Shown here piece after piece: positions 1 through 11,082 of a stretch of 64,000 nucleotides of DNA. Position numbers and translations under genes: made by a program. Below the pieces are notes generated by a model. The model did no database searches, was not told where the DNA came from, and saw only the letters and a program-made list of their open reading frames with translations. Every line of letters starts with the position of its first letter. The first letter of the stretch is position 1. Source of the DNA: Octopus vulgaris. Its lineage: Eukaryota. The stretch is taken from NCBI GenBank assembly GCA_951406725.2, contig OX597821.1, positions 40,362,001 through 40,426,000 of the forward strand, in the 5' to 3' direction.

Positions 1-418
1 AGCGAGCAAAAATAATGTAAGATCATAGACTTTGCCAAACAAAAGAGCTGTGGATATCAACAAATTGTGAAAATTAGGAAATTCTTCTCAATTTCAGATC
101 TAACAGCAGAGATGATGAGATTGTGGAACACAAAGATGATAATAGATCCTCTGCTATTAAGTGCAGCTGGTGCAGCACCCAAATTAAGAGACTGAAGGAC
201 ATTGCAACTGAGGCGTACATTGTTGACCCACCAGCTTTTCTTCTTTGGCAAGACAGGGCTAAGTTAACTCCCATTCGCCTATTCCCTCATAACTTACTTC
301 TCCCAAATTAGCTTTTACATGCAGTGGACCAATGCCCTGCACTTCTTTCTAACTAGCTTTGTTTTCGGAGCTCTAATTAAAAATCTGGTCATTATCACTT
401 GTGTGTAATCTGAGTGTG

Positions 419-455
<37 letters not shown>

Positions 456-821
456 CATGAATGTGCATGTATATCAAGAAGTGAATATCTCTTTTGCCAA
501 AGATGTATGTCTATTATCAGTTATTTTTTTGTTTGTTTTATTTGCTTTAGAAGGACCTAAATGCTATTATTACCTTTGTCAGAATCTTCTCCTCATTTCA
601 CCACTATGTCATGTTTTACAAATATTTTCTAAAAATTATCTGAATGCAAAATGTTCATTATGTAAAGTCTTTTTCTCTCAAAATGGTTAACTGCCTACCA
701 TTCCAGGGGCATAAGGCTTTCTTGCAAGTCTTACTTTCTGTTTGTGTTTAGTTTGGGGTTGAATGATCCTTACTTCATTTTCTTGTTGCCCCATATAGTG
801 AAAATAACAGCACCAAAACAA

Positions 822-898
822 AGCACTGCATATACCAAAGGCACACAGAGCTGCACTCAGTAGTGCTGTGAAAAGCACACGATAAAAAAAACTGCTGA
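822..898 (+). mobile_element. 3' end of a (TAA)n-associated non-LTR retroelement (R4/Dong-like 3' UTR)
   Basis: GCACACAGAGCTGC-CTC-GTAGTG...ACT-CTGA runs directly into (TAA)n. A reverse-complement copy lies at 59381-59461 inside a (TAA)n array. Confidence 0.5.
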
Positions 899-925
899 AT
901 AATAATGATAATGATGATAATAATG

Positions 926-960
<35 letters not shown>

Positions 961-963
<3 letters not shown>

Positions 964-1138
964 GGATCATAATATAGCATGTTCAGCTGACAACAAGGTA
1001 TGTAATAAGGAAGAAATAAAAGTCGATAGATATGACAAGTTAGCTTGGGAGGTTAAGCAGTTGTGGTTGCTGAAAAAGGTAGTAGTAGTACCAATAATTG
1101 TTGGAGTCCTGAGAACAGTGAGTAAAAATATTGAGTAA
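961..1138 (+). pseudogene. Restriction-like endonuclease (REL) C-terminal fragment of an R2-superfamily (R4/Dong-like) retrotransposon
   Basis: Translation IACSADNKVCNKEEIKVDRYDKLAWEVKQLWLLKKVVVVPIIVGVLRTVSK resembles the REL consensus DIAxPxD..KE.EK..KY..L..EI..LW....V.P...GALG. It starts immediately after a (TAA)n tract. Confidence 0.75.
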
Positions 1139-1366
1139 AAATTTGATAGGGCATTATAAATATATAAAGACACAGTTCACATTCAAAAACGAGAGATAAT
1201 GACTCTGTTTGTGTCTTAACTCTACAGCGTTATATTAATTCAATAAATAAGTAAGGATTGTAAAACTGATCTAAAGGAATTGAAAACTAAACCAAATTAC
1301 ACTTGATAATACATATATAATCATATATTATCATATATCATCATATATTATATATATATATATATA

Positions 1367-1610
1367 TCAATAAATGAAAGAAGGGAGTTGAACGACGATT
1401 TAACAAAATTGCTTTATTCTCGACATATGTTTCGAAGGCTGCATATTCCTAATTTCGAAGGAATAAGGGGTGCATTATGCCGCCTTCTCATCAGGAAAAA
1501 CAAGGAACTTATGTCAGCATCAAGATGAACAAAAACTCTTAGATGGCTGCCCACACGGAGTCCATAGTGATAATGAGTGTTTCCATACTAAGATAATTCA
1601 TTCAACTACT
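1367..1610 (-). mobile_element. Solo Penelope-like pLTR fragment carrying a hammerhead ribozyme
   Basis: Unique sequence between TA-rich repeats. Contains the HHR at 1417-1499 followed by AATAAA on the minus strand. Confidence 0.6.
1417..1499 (-). ncRNA. Type I hammerhead ribozyme with intact core
   Basis: Minus strand: UUUUC-CUGAUGA-GAAGGC...GCCUUC-GAAAC-AUAU-GUC-GAGAA. Stem I is UUUUC/GAGAA, stem II is long, stem III is the palindrome ACAUAUGU, and the cleavage triplet is GUC. Confidence 0.8.
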
Positions 1611-1961
1611 TATATATATATGTGTATATATATATGTATATTTATAATCATATATCATCATATATTATCATATATTATTATACTTATATAATCAATCAAT
1701 CATCCTATAGATCTGGTACCTCTCAAAGAAGCTTTCACCTGCTTCTTAGGACCAATTGATCCATGCTCACCACCATTGGCACAGAACCCTTCTCCACTTC
1801 TTTATCCAAAGGCCTCATTCTAATATTTGCTACTAAGACTAGAAATGGTATTCAAACACAAAAATTATACCAAAGCAGGCAGAAGAGTATTATGTTGTCC
1901 TTGGATTCAGTGGCTCTAGTTAAACCTTCAGACCCATGCCAACACAGAACATGGGACATTA

Positions 1962-2058
1962 GATGATGATGATGATGATGACAATGATGGTGGTGGCGGC
2001 AGTGGTGGCAGTGGTGGCAGCAACAATGACAACGACAAATACGACGATGATGTTGATG

Positions 2059-2090
<32 letters not shown>

Positions 2091-2256
2091 GACGATGTTG
2101 ATGATAATGATGGTGATGATGATGATGATGATGACGATGACGACAACGACGATGCTGATGATAATGATGATGATGATGTTGATGATGATGACGATGCTGA
2201 TGATAATGATGATGATGATGATGATGATGACGACGACGATGACGATGCTGATGATA

Positions 2257-2293
<37 letters not shown>

Positions 2294-2328
2294 CGACGAC
2301 GACGATGCTGATGATGATGATGATGATG
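1962..2328. repeat. (GAT/GAC)n microsatellite, the expanded tail of an RTE-type 3' end at about 1880-1961
   Basis: Direct reading. It produces the poly-M, poly-H, poly-I and poly-S ORFs. Confidence 0.9.
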
Positions 2329-2903
2329 AATGTCACACACTGCCATGTTGTAGCCAACACAGTTATTGCACCTTGAAAGAGTTATAAGAAATGCAGAGCA
2401 GAGAAAAACCATCATTTAAGATAAGAACTAAACTGAAAAATATATATATCAAGGGAATTTCTGCAGCTTCGTAATAAACAAGAGATAACAGATATATATA
2501 TATATATATATATATATGACATTCCATACAAAGATTGCACAGACAAAGTATTAGGCAAGATCCTAACACAGACAAATTTGAGTTTCCAGAAACTAATAAA
2601 AGTGTAGTTATAGAACCAACTGTATGTAAAACATATAATCCATTACACCGGAAATAATATGGTGCAACTGATAGGAATGCACTTTGAGTGGATGAGACCT
2701 CATAACATGGATATCACAAAAGAAAAAGGCAAAAGCAGGATTAGAAAGAATATATAAAATATATAATATTATATTATACTAGTAATAGAACAACATATAT
2801 ATAAATATATATATATACACACACAGCACATGCATATACCGACAAATATTTATGCAAATCATGAGTATGTATATATTTATATATATATATATATATATAT
2901 ATT

Positions 2904-2936
<33 letters not shown>

Positions 2937-3110
2937 GTAAGCATGTAGATAGATAGATAGGTAGATAGATAGATAGATAAATAGATAGATAGATAGACAG
3001 ACAGACAGGCAGGCAGGCAGACAGGCAGGCAGACAGACAGACAGACAGACAGGCAGACAGACAGACAGACAGATAGATAGATAGACAGACAGATAGATAG
3101 ATAGACAGAT

Positions 3111-3175
<65 letters not shown>
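2904..3175. repeat. Compound (TAGA)n/(CAGA)n/(CAGG)n microsatellite
   Basis: Direct reading. Confidence 0.95.
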
Positions 3176-4777
3176 TACAAGAACCTCACAAGTGTTCACT
3201 ATACTTGTGACCCCACACATAGCGAAACAGAACAACATATCAATACAGAATAGACACTTTCAGCAATGAAGAAAATCTAACAATAAATAAATAAATAAGA
3301 TAACAGAGGAGAACTGACAATAAGAAAATCAATTAGCATTGATCAAGAGAAAAATAAAAAAAACACCTCTTCAAGCTATGAATAAGCAATATTCTCTGGA
3401 AAATGATAAATACACTGAGGCTCTTAAAGAAATATTTTCTATGAGAACCACGTCCAATATTAATACACAAACTAAACAAATTTGCTGAGTAGTCCTCGTA
3501 AGATCAGGTGAAAGTGAGTTTAATATTAATATAATAATTTACTCCTTATTCAGGATCACCAAACAACTGTGAAAGCAGAATAGGTTGTAAAATGGACCAA
3601 ACAATAACAGTTCTGTCATGGAGGAATAAAATGGATGAGGACAATACACAAAAACAGATGTTAAAAACCAAAAAAGAATATTGATTTCTAACACAACAGC
3701 AAAATGAGATATTTTGAAGGGGGTCATGATGGCTATATTTTCATTAAAGGATTAAATTTATTAAGATAATTTTTTCTAGATTACATAGTGTAGAGATGAG
3801 TTTCACAGCAATTCATTTTTTCCTTTGTAAATTATGATAAGAGGTTCTTACACAGGGAAAGAACAAGAAGGAAGTAAATTCAAAGAGTTCTAAGTTCCGA
3901 TGGTGACAGATGGCTTTGCTATTAGCGAAGAGCAAGTTGCAGGAAAACATGCAAAAAGTAATTGCAGCATGGAAGATGTTTATAAGCCAGGCTTATAAAC
4001 ACCTTCCACGCTGCAATTGTTTTCGTTCCAGCACATGATCTCAGATCAGGTCACTTGCTATGCAAGTACATCTCCAAAATGCAAAAAGTAAGATATTATC
4101 AATTTGTTACATGTAACACTCTGCAAAGTGGTTGGCATTAGGAAGGGCATCCAGTTATAGAAAACATGCCAAAGCAAACATTGTAGATTGTTGCAGTTTT
4201 CAAGTTTGCCAGCTCCTGCTGAATTGCCCCCCGCCAATGCCAGCATTGAATTTGCAAGGTAAATGATGATGATGAGGTAACTATAAAATGCTTAGTATTA
4301 TTAGTGATTGGAGAATTGAGGGCAAACTATTAAGTGGAAAATATTAAATTACAAGATAAATTATAGGTGAACAGAGGAAAGAAATTGGGTTGGAATTAAA
4401 AGTGGCACATGAAGAAGGTTTGAGGGAACATTAGTATGATATGGCACTTCAATGAAAATAAACTATGTCCTAACACTGGAAGGTTTTCATGATAGGTGGG
4501 GAAACCAAGAAGACATTGTATGTTATGGTGACATCAAATCGAAGGATTTTGAACTTCATAAATGGAATGATATATGTTTTGAAAAGATGACAGTATTGTA
4601 AATTTAACCCCCACCTCTGCTTCTCTGGTGAGAAGGAAATGAAAACAAAGGAGGGAGAAGGTTGAGAAAATTCTTATATTTAATTGAGATTTTATGAATG
4701 TTAAGGAAACAGAAAAAAAAGACAAAAAAAATAGGTCCATCTGTCCTATATACAGGTATGGCTGTGTAGTAAGAATA

Positions 4778-5028
4778 GGCACAGACATGGCTATGTGGCA
4801 AGAAGCTTGCTTCCCAACCACATTATTTGGGGTTCAGTCCCACTGCATGACACTTTGGACAAGTGTCTTCCACGATAGCCTCAGGCTGTGAGTGGATTTA
4901 GTAGATAGAGAGTAAAAGAAGCCTGTCGTATATATTTATATATATCTATGTGTGTGTGTGTATATATATTAATGTGTGTGTGTCTTTGTGTCTGTGTTTG
5001 TCCCTCCCCCATCACTTGACAACTGATT
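4778..5028 (+). mobile_element. tRNA-derived CORE-type SINE (family A), 3'-truncated
   Basis: A-box TGGCTATGTGG, B-box GGTTCAGTCCC, CORE-like TTGGACAAGTGTCTTC and an internal (TA)(TG) tract. Confidence 0.8.
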
Positions 5029-5031
5029 TTT

Positions 5032-5362
5032 CCGATGGTGCACAGGTGTCAATGAATGGTTGAATGACCAAATCCAAGCTTCTCCTCTAGTTCCTCAACA
5101 GTTACGCAGTTACGATGGGATTTTGTTCCACCAGGGTTTGCAGGACATCCTCATCAAGCTCTACAGATCTTCCAAGATGAGGCTCATTTATAAGGTTGTA
5201 ATTTCCAACTCAGAATTTCTGGAACCACTGTTGACACTAACTTACACTTATTGTCCGATCCCCATATTCTGCATTAATATTCCTCTCACTTTCAGTTGCA
5301 TTATTGCCTTTATAGAACTCATAAAGCAAAATATGCCAAATATGTTCTTTTGTCACCTATTG
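5032..5362 (-). pseudogene. Mariner transposase N-terminal fragment
   Basis: Minus strand reads VTKEHIWHILLYEFYKGNNATESERNINAEYGDRTISVS*CQQWFQKF. Same family as 45210-46105. Confidence 0.85.
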
Positions 5363-5852
5363 TAGGTTCAACAACTCCCTAGCAAAAGCATGGGCCTTAA
5401 GAGATTTCAAGTTGCTGGAAGACCACTGGATGTGAGGTACCTCTTAGCTTTTGCTAAAGCATATCTCTGATATAAATTCAGATGTGCAGGGAACGGCATT
5501 GAACATGTTGGGGATCATGAAGCACCCACATTCCTGAGACTGCAACGGATACTGGCACTGGATACCTTGCCTTGGTTTGTCTCTTGGTCATGTTAAAAGG
5601 GGTGGGGTGGGGTGTGTGAGGTGCTGTGAAGACCTTTATTGAACCTAAAATTTTAGGTGGTGCAATCATTGGTAAGGTGACTATCTGATACCCAGACACA
5701 TAGGAGAGCACTGCTATGAGTATGGAAGCTGCAGATGTGAACCCAGATGAAGTCAATGAGCTGGTGCAATAACCCTGTGCATGGGCATTGTGGGAACTTC
5801 ACATGGGCAATGGTCAGTGGAGGTCTTCCTCAGTCTTGAGCAAACGGTCTTC

Positions 5853-5894
<42 letters not shown>

Positions 5895-5940
5895 ATGTGT
5901 ACGTGTTTGTGCCTCTCCGAAAGAGAGAGAGGGATATATA

Positions 5941-5976
<36 letters not shown>

Positions 5977-5977
5977 G

Positions 5978-6245
5978 GTATCAAGTTAGAGGGGTTTAAT
6001 ACCTCTAAGGGATAATTAAATCCAAAGTCGCCCCTAGCTATTAGCTAGGTAGGTACCGTCTTTTGTAAGATTGTACGGTAGCAAGTGGTTCGGTTGGTAA
6101 ACCGGAGTTTAGGTTATATAAGAGAAAAAAATGGATATAATAACAATGGGAGACTTGTGGATTACGGTGCCTATTTAATTAAAGACATGCCAGCGTAATC
6201 CACGAGTCTCCCACTGTTATTATATCCATTTTCTTCTCTTATATA
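5978..6245. mobile_element. (TA)n-flanked foldback element with 52-bp inverted arms and a structured one-sided extension
   Basis: Arms at 6115-6166 and 6194-6245. The 5978-6114 extension contains several short hairpins, e.g. CCTAGCTATTAGCTAGG. Confidence 0.6.
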
Positions 6246-7240
6246 TATGTGCCACACATATATCATATATCATATTTAAATAGATATAATGTTTATTGCA
6301 TCTCTACAGTATCCCTAATGATAAACCATTCATTGGTTAGCTGCAGGTGATTGGCATCACTAAAGAAGACAATCTCTTTTAATCACAAGATTGTCAAGAG
6401 AAAAGAAGAGCAATAGCAACTTTTTATTCGATTTCCAAAAGATGAAAAGCAAAGTTTTCTTCAAAATAGGATTTGAACTTAGATTCTACAGGGATGAAAC
6501 TAGATACGAACCGGCATTTCATTCAGTGTTTCTGTCATTCCCACTAACTTCTCTCATATCAATATATCGATAGATTGAGACTTGTAGTCACTAATAACTA
6601 AAAAAAGGGAAAAAAAAAATATCGATAATACCTAAAATCAATATTTTTTTATGATCTATTATTATGAAAATGTGTATATAGTGTCTGTTTTCAATTTAAA
6701 GCCTGGAATTTATGGAGACTTAATTTCAGGATGTGTTACTACTAATTCTATCAAAATTCAGTGTGTTATGGATTGACCAAATTGCTACGGAATCTGATGA
6801 ATAGTATTTCAGTATTTATCTATACTCATTCACGGTCTGACTTGAAATTATTCCAAGGATGACATTGCTTTCATTATTCTTGGTTATGGAAAATAAAATA
6901 CCAGTCAAGTTCTGGGATCAGTATAAACCCCTGTTCCTGCCACCTAAATCTATAATCTTATGTGGGTAAGAGTAATCAATATTATGAAAATAATTTGTCC
7001 TCTTTAAATCTCTATCCACATTATTATGTACACCATTAACAAACTCCTTCAATACTAATTAGCATTTAATTAGCAACCAAAATGCAGGTTTCTTCGGTAT
7101 AATAGTTAATAAGTTTTAGTTCTCATGTGATATGCACTGTTTTTAAATATCATGCAATAAAGTAATTATAATTAACTCATTGTATACAGTGCTCAGGTGC
7201 ACTGCAACAATGCTGTTTCCAAAGACAATAAGGGTACACA

Positions 7241-7447
7241 TTCACTCCTGTTAATACCAATCCACTTGAGACCACCCTAGACTTATGATGCAAATTCTAT
7301 GATTTAAAATCATCTAAATTAAAGCCTTCCGTCAAAATTTACTTTTCCAAATACCAGCTTGATTAGGATGAAATAATTTTTCTAAATTCTTCATAATTTT
7401 CAAAATTAATTGAAACAATTGCAGCATATTTCAACAAAAGAGTTTAA
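7241..7447 (-). mobile_element. Degenerate copy of the piggyBac-like MITE at 31862-32083
   Basis: Reverse-complement similarity, e.g. CTAAATTCTT and AAAATTAATTGA..CA..GCA..TT.CAACA. Confidence 0.45.
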
Positions 7448-8046
7448 AATGTAAACAGTTTTCAAATGTCATGGTTAAATTCAACTGTAAGGTGTTAAAA
7501 TTATTTAATCAATGTATTCGCCATAAAACTCTGCTGGTTCCATTCAGTGTCTGTGACTGAAAACCCTTTAAGAGATTAAAGGCCTTATATAAAGGGACTT
7601 TAATTTGCTCGTTGGCTAGTTCCATGCTGTTTAATGAATCAGCTCAGAGACTATAATTAACTAAGGCTGACAGGTAAAAATCACTTGATGTATAAACGGG
7701 ATGATGAGAGATTTTATTATGAGCTGTGACTTTAGATTGGAAACTGATGTCAAATGAATACAAACTGATTATTAAGTTAATAGAAATTGTTAAGTGAAAT
7801 CCCTCATCACCTGTGCAGAGGAATCTGAGACGAAAACTAAATGGTATTTTGAGAAATGTTAAAGGCTTTGTGTTAAATTCTTCATTTCAGATATGTGTTG
7901 GTGTCAATATATTCTTTGATTCTTGTATTTTACTGGTTTTAGGGTTTTGGTCAAACATATTCACCCAGCAATTATTTCAGTCTGGAAAATTATTTATTAA
8001 TTTCTTTTTACTGAATGGCTACATTACAGGACACAATAAGTTACTA

Positions 8047-8469
8047 TACTCTCTTTTACTCTTTTAGTTGTTTCAGTCATTTGACTGCGGCCATGCTGGA
8101 GCACTACCTTTAGTCGAGCAAATCGACCCCGGGACTTATAAGCCCAGTACTTATTCTATCAATCTCTTTTGCCGAACCACTAAGTGACGGGGACGTAAAC
8201 ACACCAGCATCGGTTGTCAAGCAATGCTTGGGGGGACAAACACAGACACACAAACACAGACACACAAACACACACACACATATATATATATATATACATA
8301 TATACGACAGGCTTCTTTCAGTTTCCGTCTACCAAATCCACTCACAAGGCATTGGTCGGCCTGGAGCTATAGCAGAAGACACTTGCCCAAGATGCCACGC
8401 AGTGGGACTGAACCCGCAACCATGTGGTTGGTTAGCAAGCTACTTACCACACAGCCACTCCTGCGCCTA
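8047..8469 (-). mobile_element. Full-length CORE-type SINE (family A)
   Basis: Near-identical reverse complement of 47590-48000, with tRNA head, CORE, internal (TA)(TG) and (AAAAGAGT)n tail. Confidence 0.9.
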
Positions 8470-9531
8470 TATAATGAAAACATTGATTTATAGACCTGTG
8501 TAAATATAAGCAGAGATACGACATGAAAATATATACACACACAAAATCTCCTCACACACACAGAAACACACACACATACTGGAATCTGCAAATTTTACTA
8601 ACTGTTAAGCTGAGTCTCATTCAAATATCTATGTGTATATATGTGCATTTGTGTATGCATATATGTCCATGTACTTATGAGAGTGTGTGTGTATGAGCAT
8701 GTATATGTGAGTGTTATGTGAAAAAAAGGGCCAAAAAGAGTACAATACTCTTTACTGTGTTTCCAACATGTTGGAGAATGTCCTCCTTCGAGGTTAAGAC
8801 AGCAGAATTTTGCATCTTGTGTTGAATGTCCATTCCTGACAGCAATTTCTCTGGACTTTTTCTGTGAATTTTTCCAAATGATACACATCCATGCAGCTCA
8901 CCACTAGTCTCCTTGGATTCTGTTTTATGCACACACACACACACATAAGTACACATTCACACACTCACACACTCACTCATTCACACACTCACTCACTCAC
9001 ACACATACACACACACACTCATGCATGCACATACACACACTCACTCACACACGATAGGGGCAAAGTGAGAATAAGTGCTTAACCCTGCATTTGGTGAATA
9101 AAGAATATCATTCTTTAGTTGTGAACTAAGATACAGATGCAGAATATATATATTATTCTTTAAGAAGAATAGTATTGACAGTGACTTCGAAGTTTTGGCC
9201 AGGTAAACCATCATCAGATTATAAATCACTTAAGTTTACGTTGGCTTTATATAGTCTCTGTTAAGTTAAAATTTTCTAGGGTAATTTGTGTTCTCTTGAA
9301 TGATTATGATGTTGTATGTTAGGTTGCTGTGGTAAGATGGTATGGAGTATTTTCATCGATTAAATTTGAGGAAGTGGTAATGGCTTGAATTTATTCATGC
9401 ATGTATAGCTTTGTAATTAGGTGTGTATGTTTAAGTGTGTCATCTTCAGGTCAAAGGATTTCACAAAACAATGAAGTAAGGTTGTTAGCCAGCAGAACTG
9501 TCACATGATTGGTTGTTGTTGAATTTACTTA

Positions 9532-9943
9532 ACTCATTGTTGTGGCCACTGCCAGTACTGCATGACTGGCACCCGTGCTGGTGGCATATAAAAAGCACCA
9601 TTTGAGCATAGTCGATGCCCGTCCCTCCAGACTGGCACCCATGCTAGTGGCATGTAAAATGCACCATATGAATGTGACCGATGCCAATACTGCCTGACTG
9701 GCTCCCATAACGGTGGCACATAAAATGCACCATTCAAGCGTGGTCATTGCCAGTGTTACCTGACTGGCTCCCATGCTGGTGGACGTAAAAAGCACCCACT
9801 ACACTCTCAGAATGGTTGGCATTAGGAAGGGCATCCAGCTGTAGAAACCTTGCCAGATCAGATTAAAGCCTGGTGCAGTCTTCAGTCAAACCGTCCAACC
9901 CACACCAGCATGGAAAGCAGATGTTAAACGATGATGATGATGG

Positions 9944-9988
<45 letters not shown>
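9532..9988 (+). mobile_element. RTE-type LINE 3' region with about 55-bp subrepeats and (GAT)n tail
   Basis: Repeated GTGGCAyRTAAAArGCACCATT units, then GGCATTAGGAAGGGCATCCAGCTGTAGAAA and GTTAAACGATGATG. It interrupts an older inverted repeat. Confidence 0.8.
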
Positions 9989-9991
<3 letters not shown>

Positions 9992-10258
9992 ATATATTAA
10001 CAAAATGTTTATATTTTGTTTTGAGAATGTAAAGGTTAAATCCTTGAGTTTAGTCCAGTGTTTAAACCTTGGTAGTTAGGTATGTTTTTCTTGGCATGTC
10101 AGCTTTTGGGGGATTGGTATTTAGGGGCTCAAAAAAACCCTGGTGACATATGTCTGGTTGACTCAAATGATATTATTTATGATTTATTTTTTATATTTTT
10201 TATACTTAGAGAATGTTGGTTATCACTTTAGTATGTCACACTGTTATTAGTATGAAGA

Positions 10259-10459
10259 ATTTGTTAAATGAATGTTTTAATGTTCACAAAAGTAAGAAGG
10301 AAGGTTTGAAAGATTTTGGTCAGCATCAAAGGTAAAAAAAAAAAAAAACTGGACTGAAATCCTAGATTTGTTTTTTGTTTTTTAACCTTTGATGCTGACC
10401 AAAATCTTTCAAACCTTCCTTCTTACTTTTGTGAACATTAAAACATTCATTTAACAAAT
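10259..10459. repeat. 75-bp inverted repeat with apparently perfect arms
   Basis: 10259-10333 is the reverse complement of 10385-10459. Confidence 0.9.
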
Positions 10460-10595
10460 CTAGGATTTAACCTTCACATTCTCAAAAGAAACGGTTAACA
10501 TCTCATTAATATCTAAATAAAACAAACAACAACCAAGCCATGTCACAGTTCTGCAGACTAACATCCTTACTTCATTTTTTGGTGAACACTCTGAC

Positions 10596-10806
10596 ACTAG
10601 TTGGCAAGCAATGATAGAGAAACAAAACACACACACACACATATGATAGGCTTCTTTCATTTTCCGTCAGCCAAATCTCCTGAAAAGGCTTTGGTCAACA
10701 CAAGGTTGTAGTAGATGACACTTGCCCAAGGTGCCATGCAGTGGGACTGAACCTGGGACCATGTGGTTGAGAAGCAAACTCGTTACCGTACAGCCATACC
10801 TGCACC
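10596..10806 (-). mobile_element. CORE-type SINE (family A), 5' half
   Basis: GACACTTGCCCAAGGTGCCATGCAGTGGGACTGAACC on the plus strand. Confidence 0.8.
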
Positions 10807-11082
10807 ACTCTGTTTACATAAATATTGATGCTGTTAATATTAACATTAAAAGACAGATTTTTATCGATATTTTACCATATAAATAGAAAAGATGTAGTAG
10901 ATGACACTTGCCCAAGGTGCCATGCAGTGGGACTGAACCTGGAACCATGTGGTTCAGAAGCAAACTCGTTACCGTACAGCCATACCTGCACCACTCTGTT
11001 TACATAAATATTGATGCTGTTAATATTAACATTAAAAGACAGATTTTTATCGATATTTTACCATATAAATAGAAAAGATGTA
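10707..11082. repeat. 186-bp tandem duplication of a SINE head plus unique flank
   Basis: The unit starting TGTAGTAGATGACAC at 10707 recurs at 10893 and is near-identical. Confidence 0.9.

Noticed and set aside
1-311. Short ORFs at the window start
   Set aside because: No convincing motif. There is only a faint resemblance to a LINE endonuclease (KIIDFAK).
1852-2415. Long poly-His, poly-Met and poly-Ile ORFs
   Set aside because: They are translations of a (GAT)n microsatellite. The same applies to the YI, CV and MYVC ORFs at 36-38 kb, 42 kb, 46 kb, 56-57 kb and 59 kb.
5400-5850. Possible old LINE fragments here and at 33340-33620 and 48180-48560
   Set aside because: The motifs are too eroded to assign.
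7480-7800. Repeat-free segments rich in homeobox and E-box-like words (also 24600-24750)
   Set aside because: Such short motifs are expected by chance in AT-rich DNA. Conservation data would be needed.
9532-9800. Regularly spaced repeats resembling a CRISPR array
   Set aside because: The spacers are homologous to each other, the context is eukaryotic and there are no cas genes. These are LINE UTR subrepeats.
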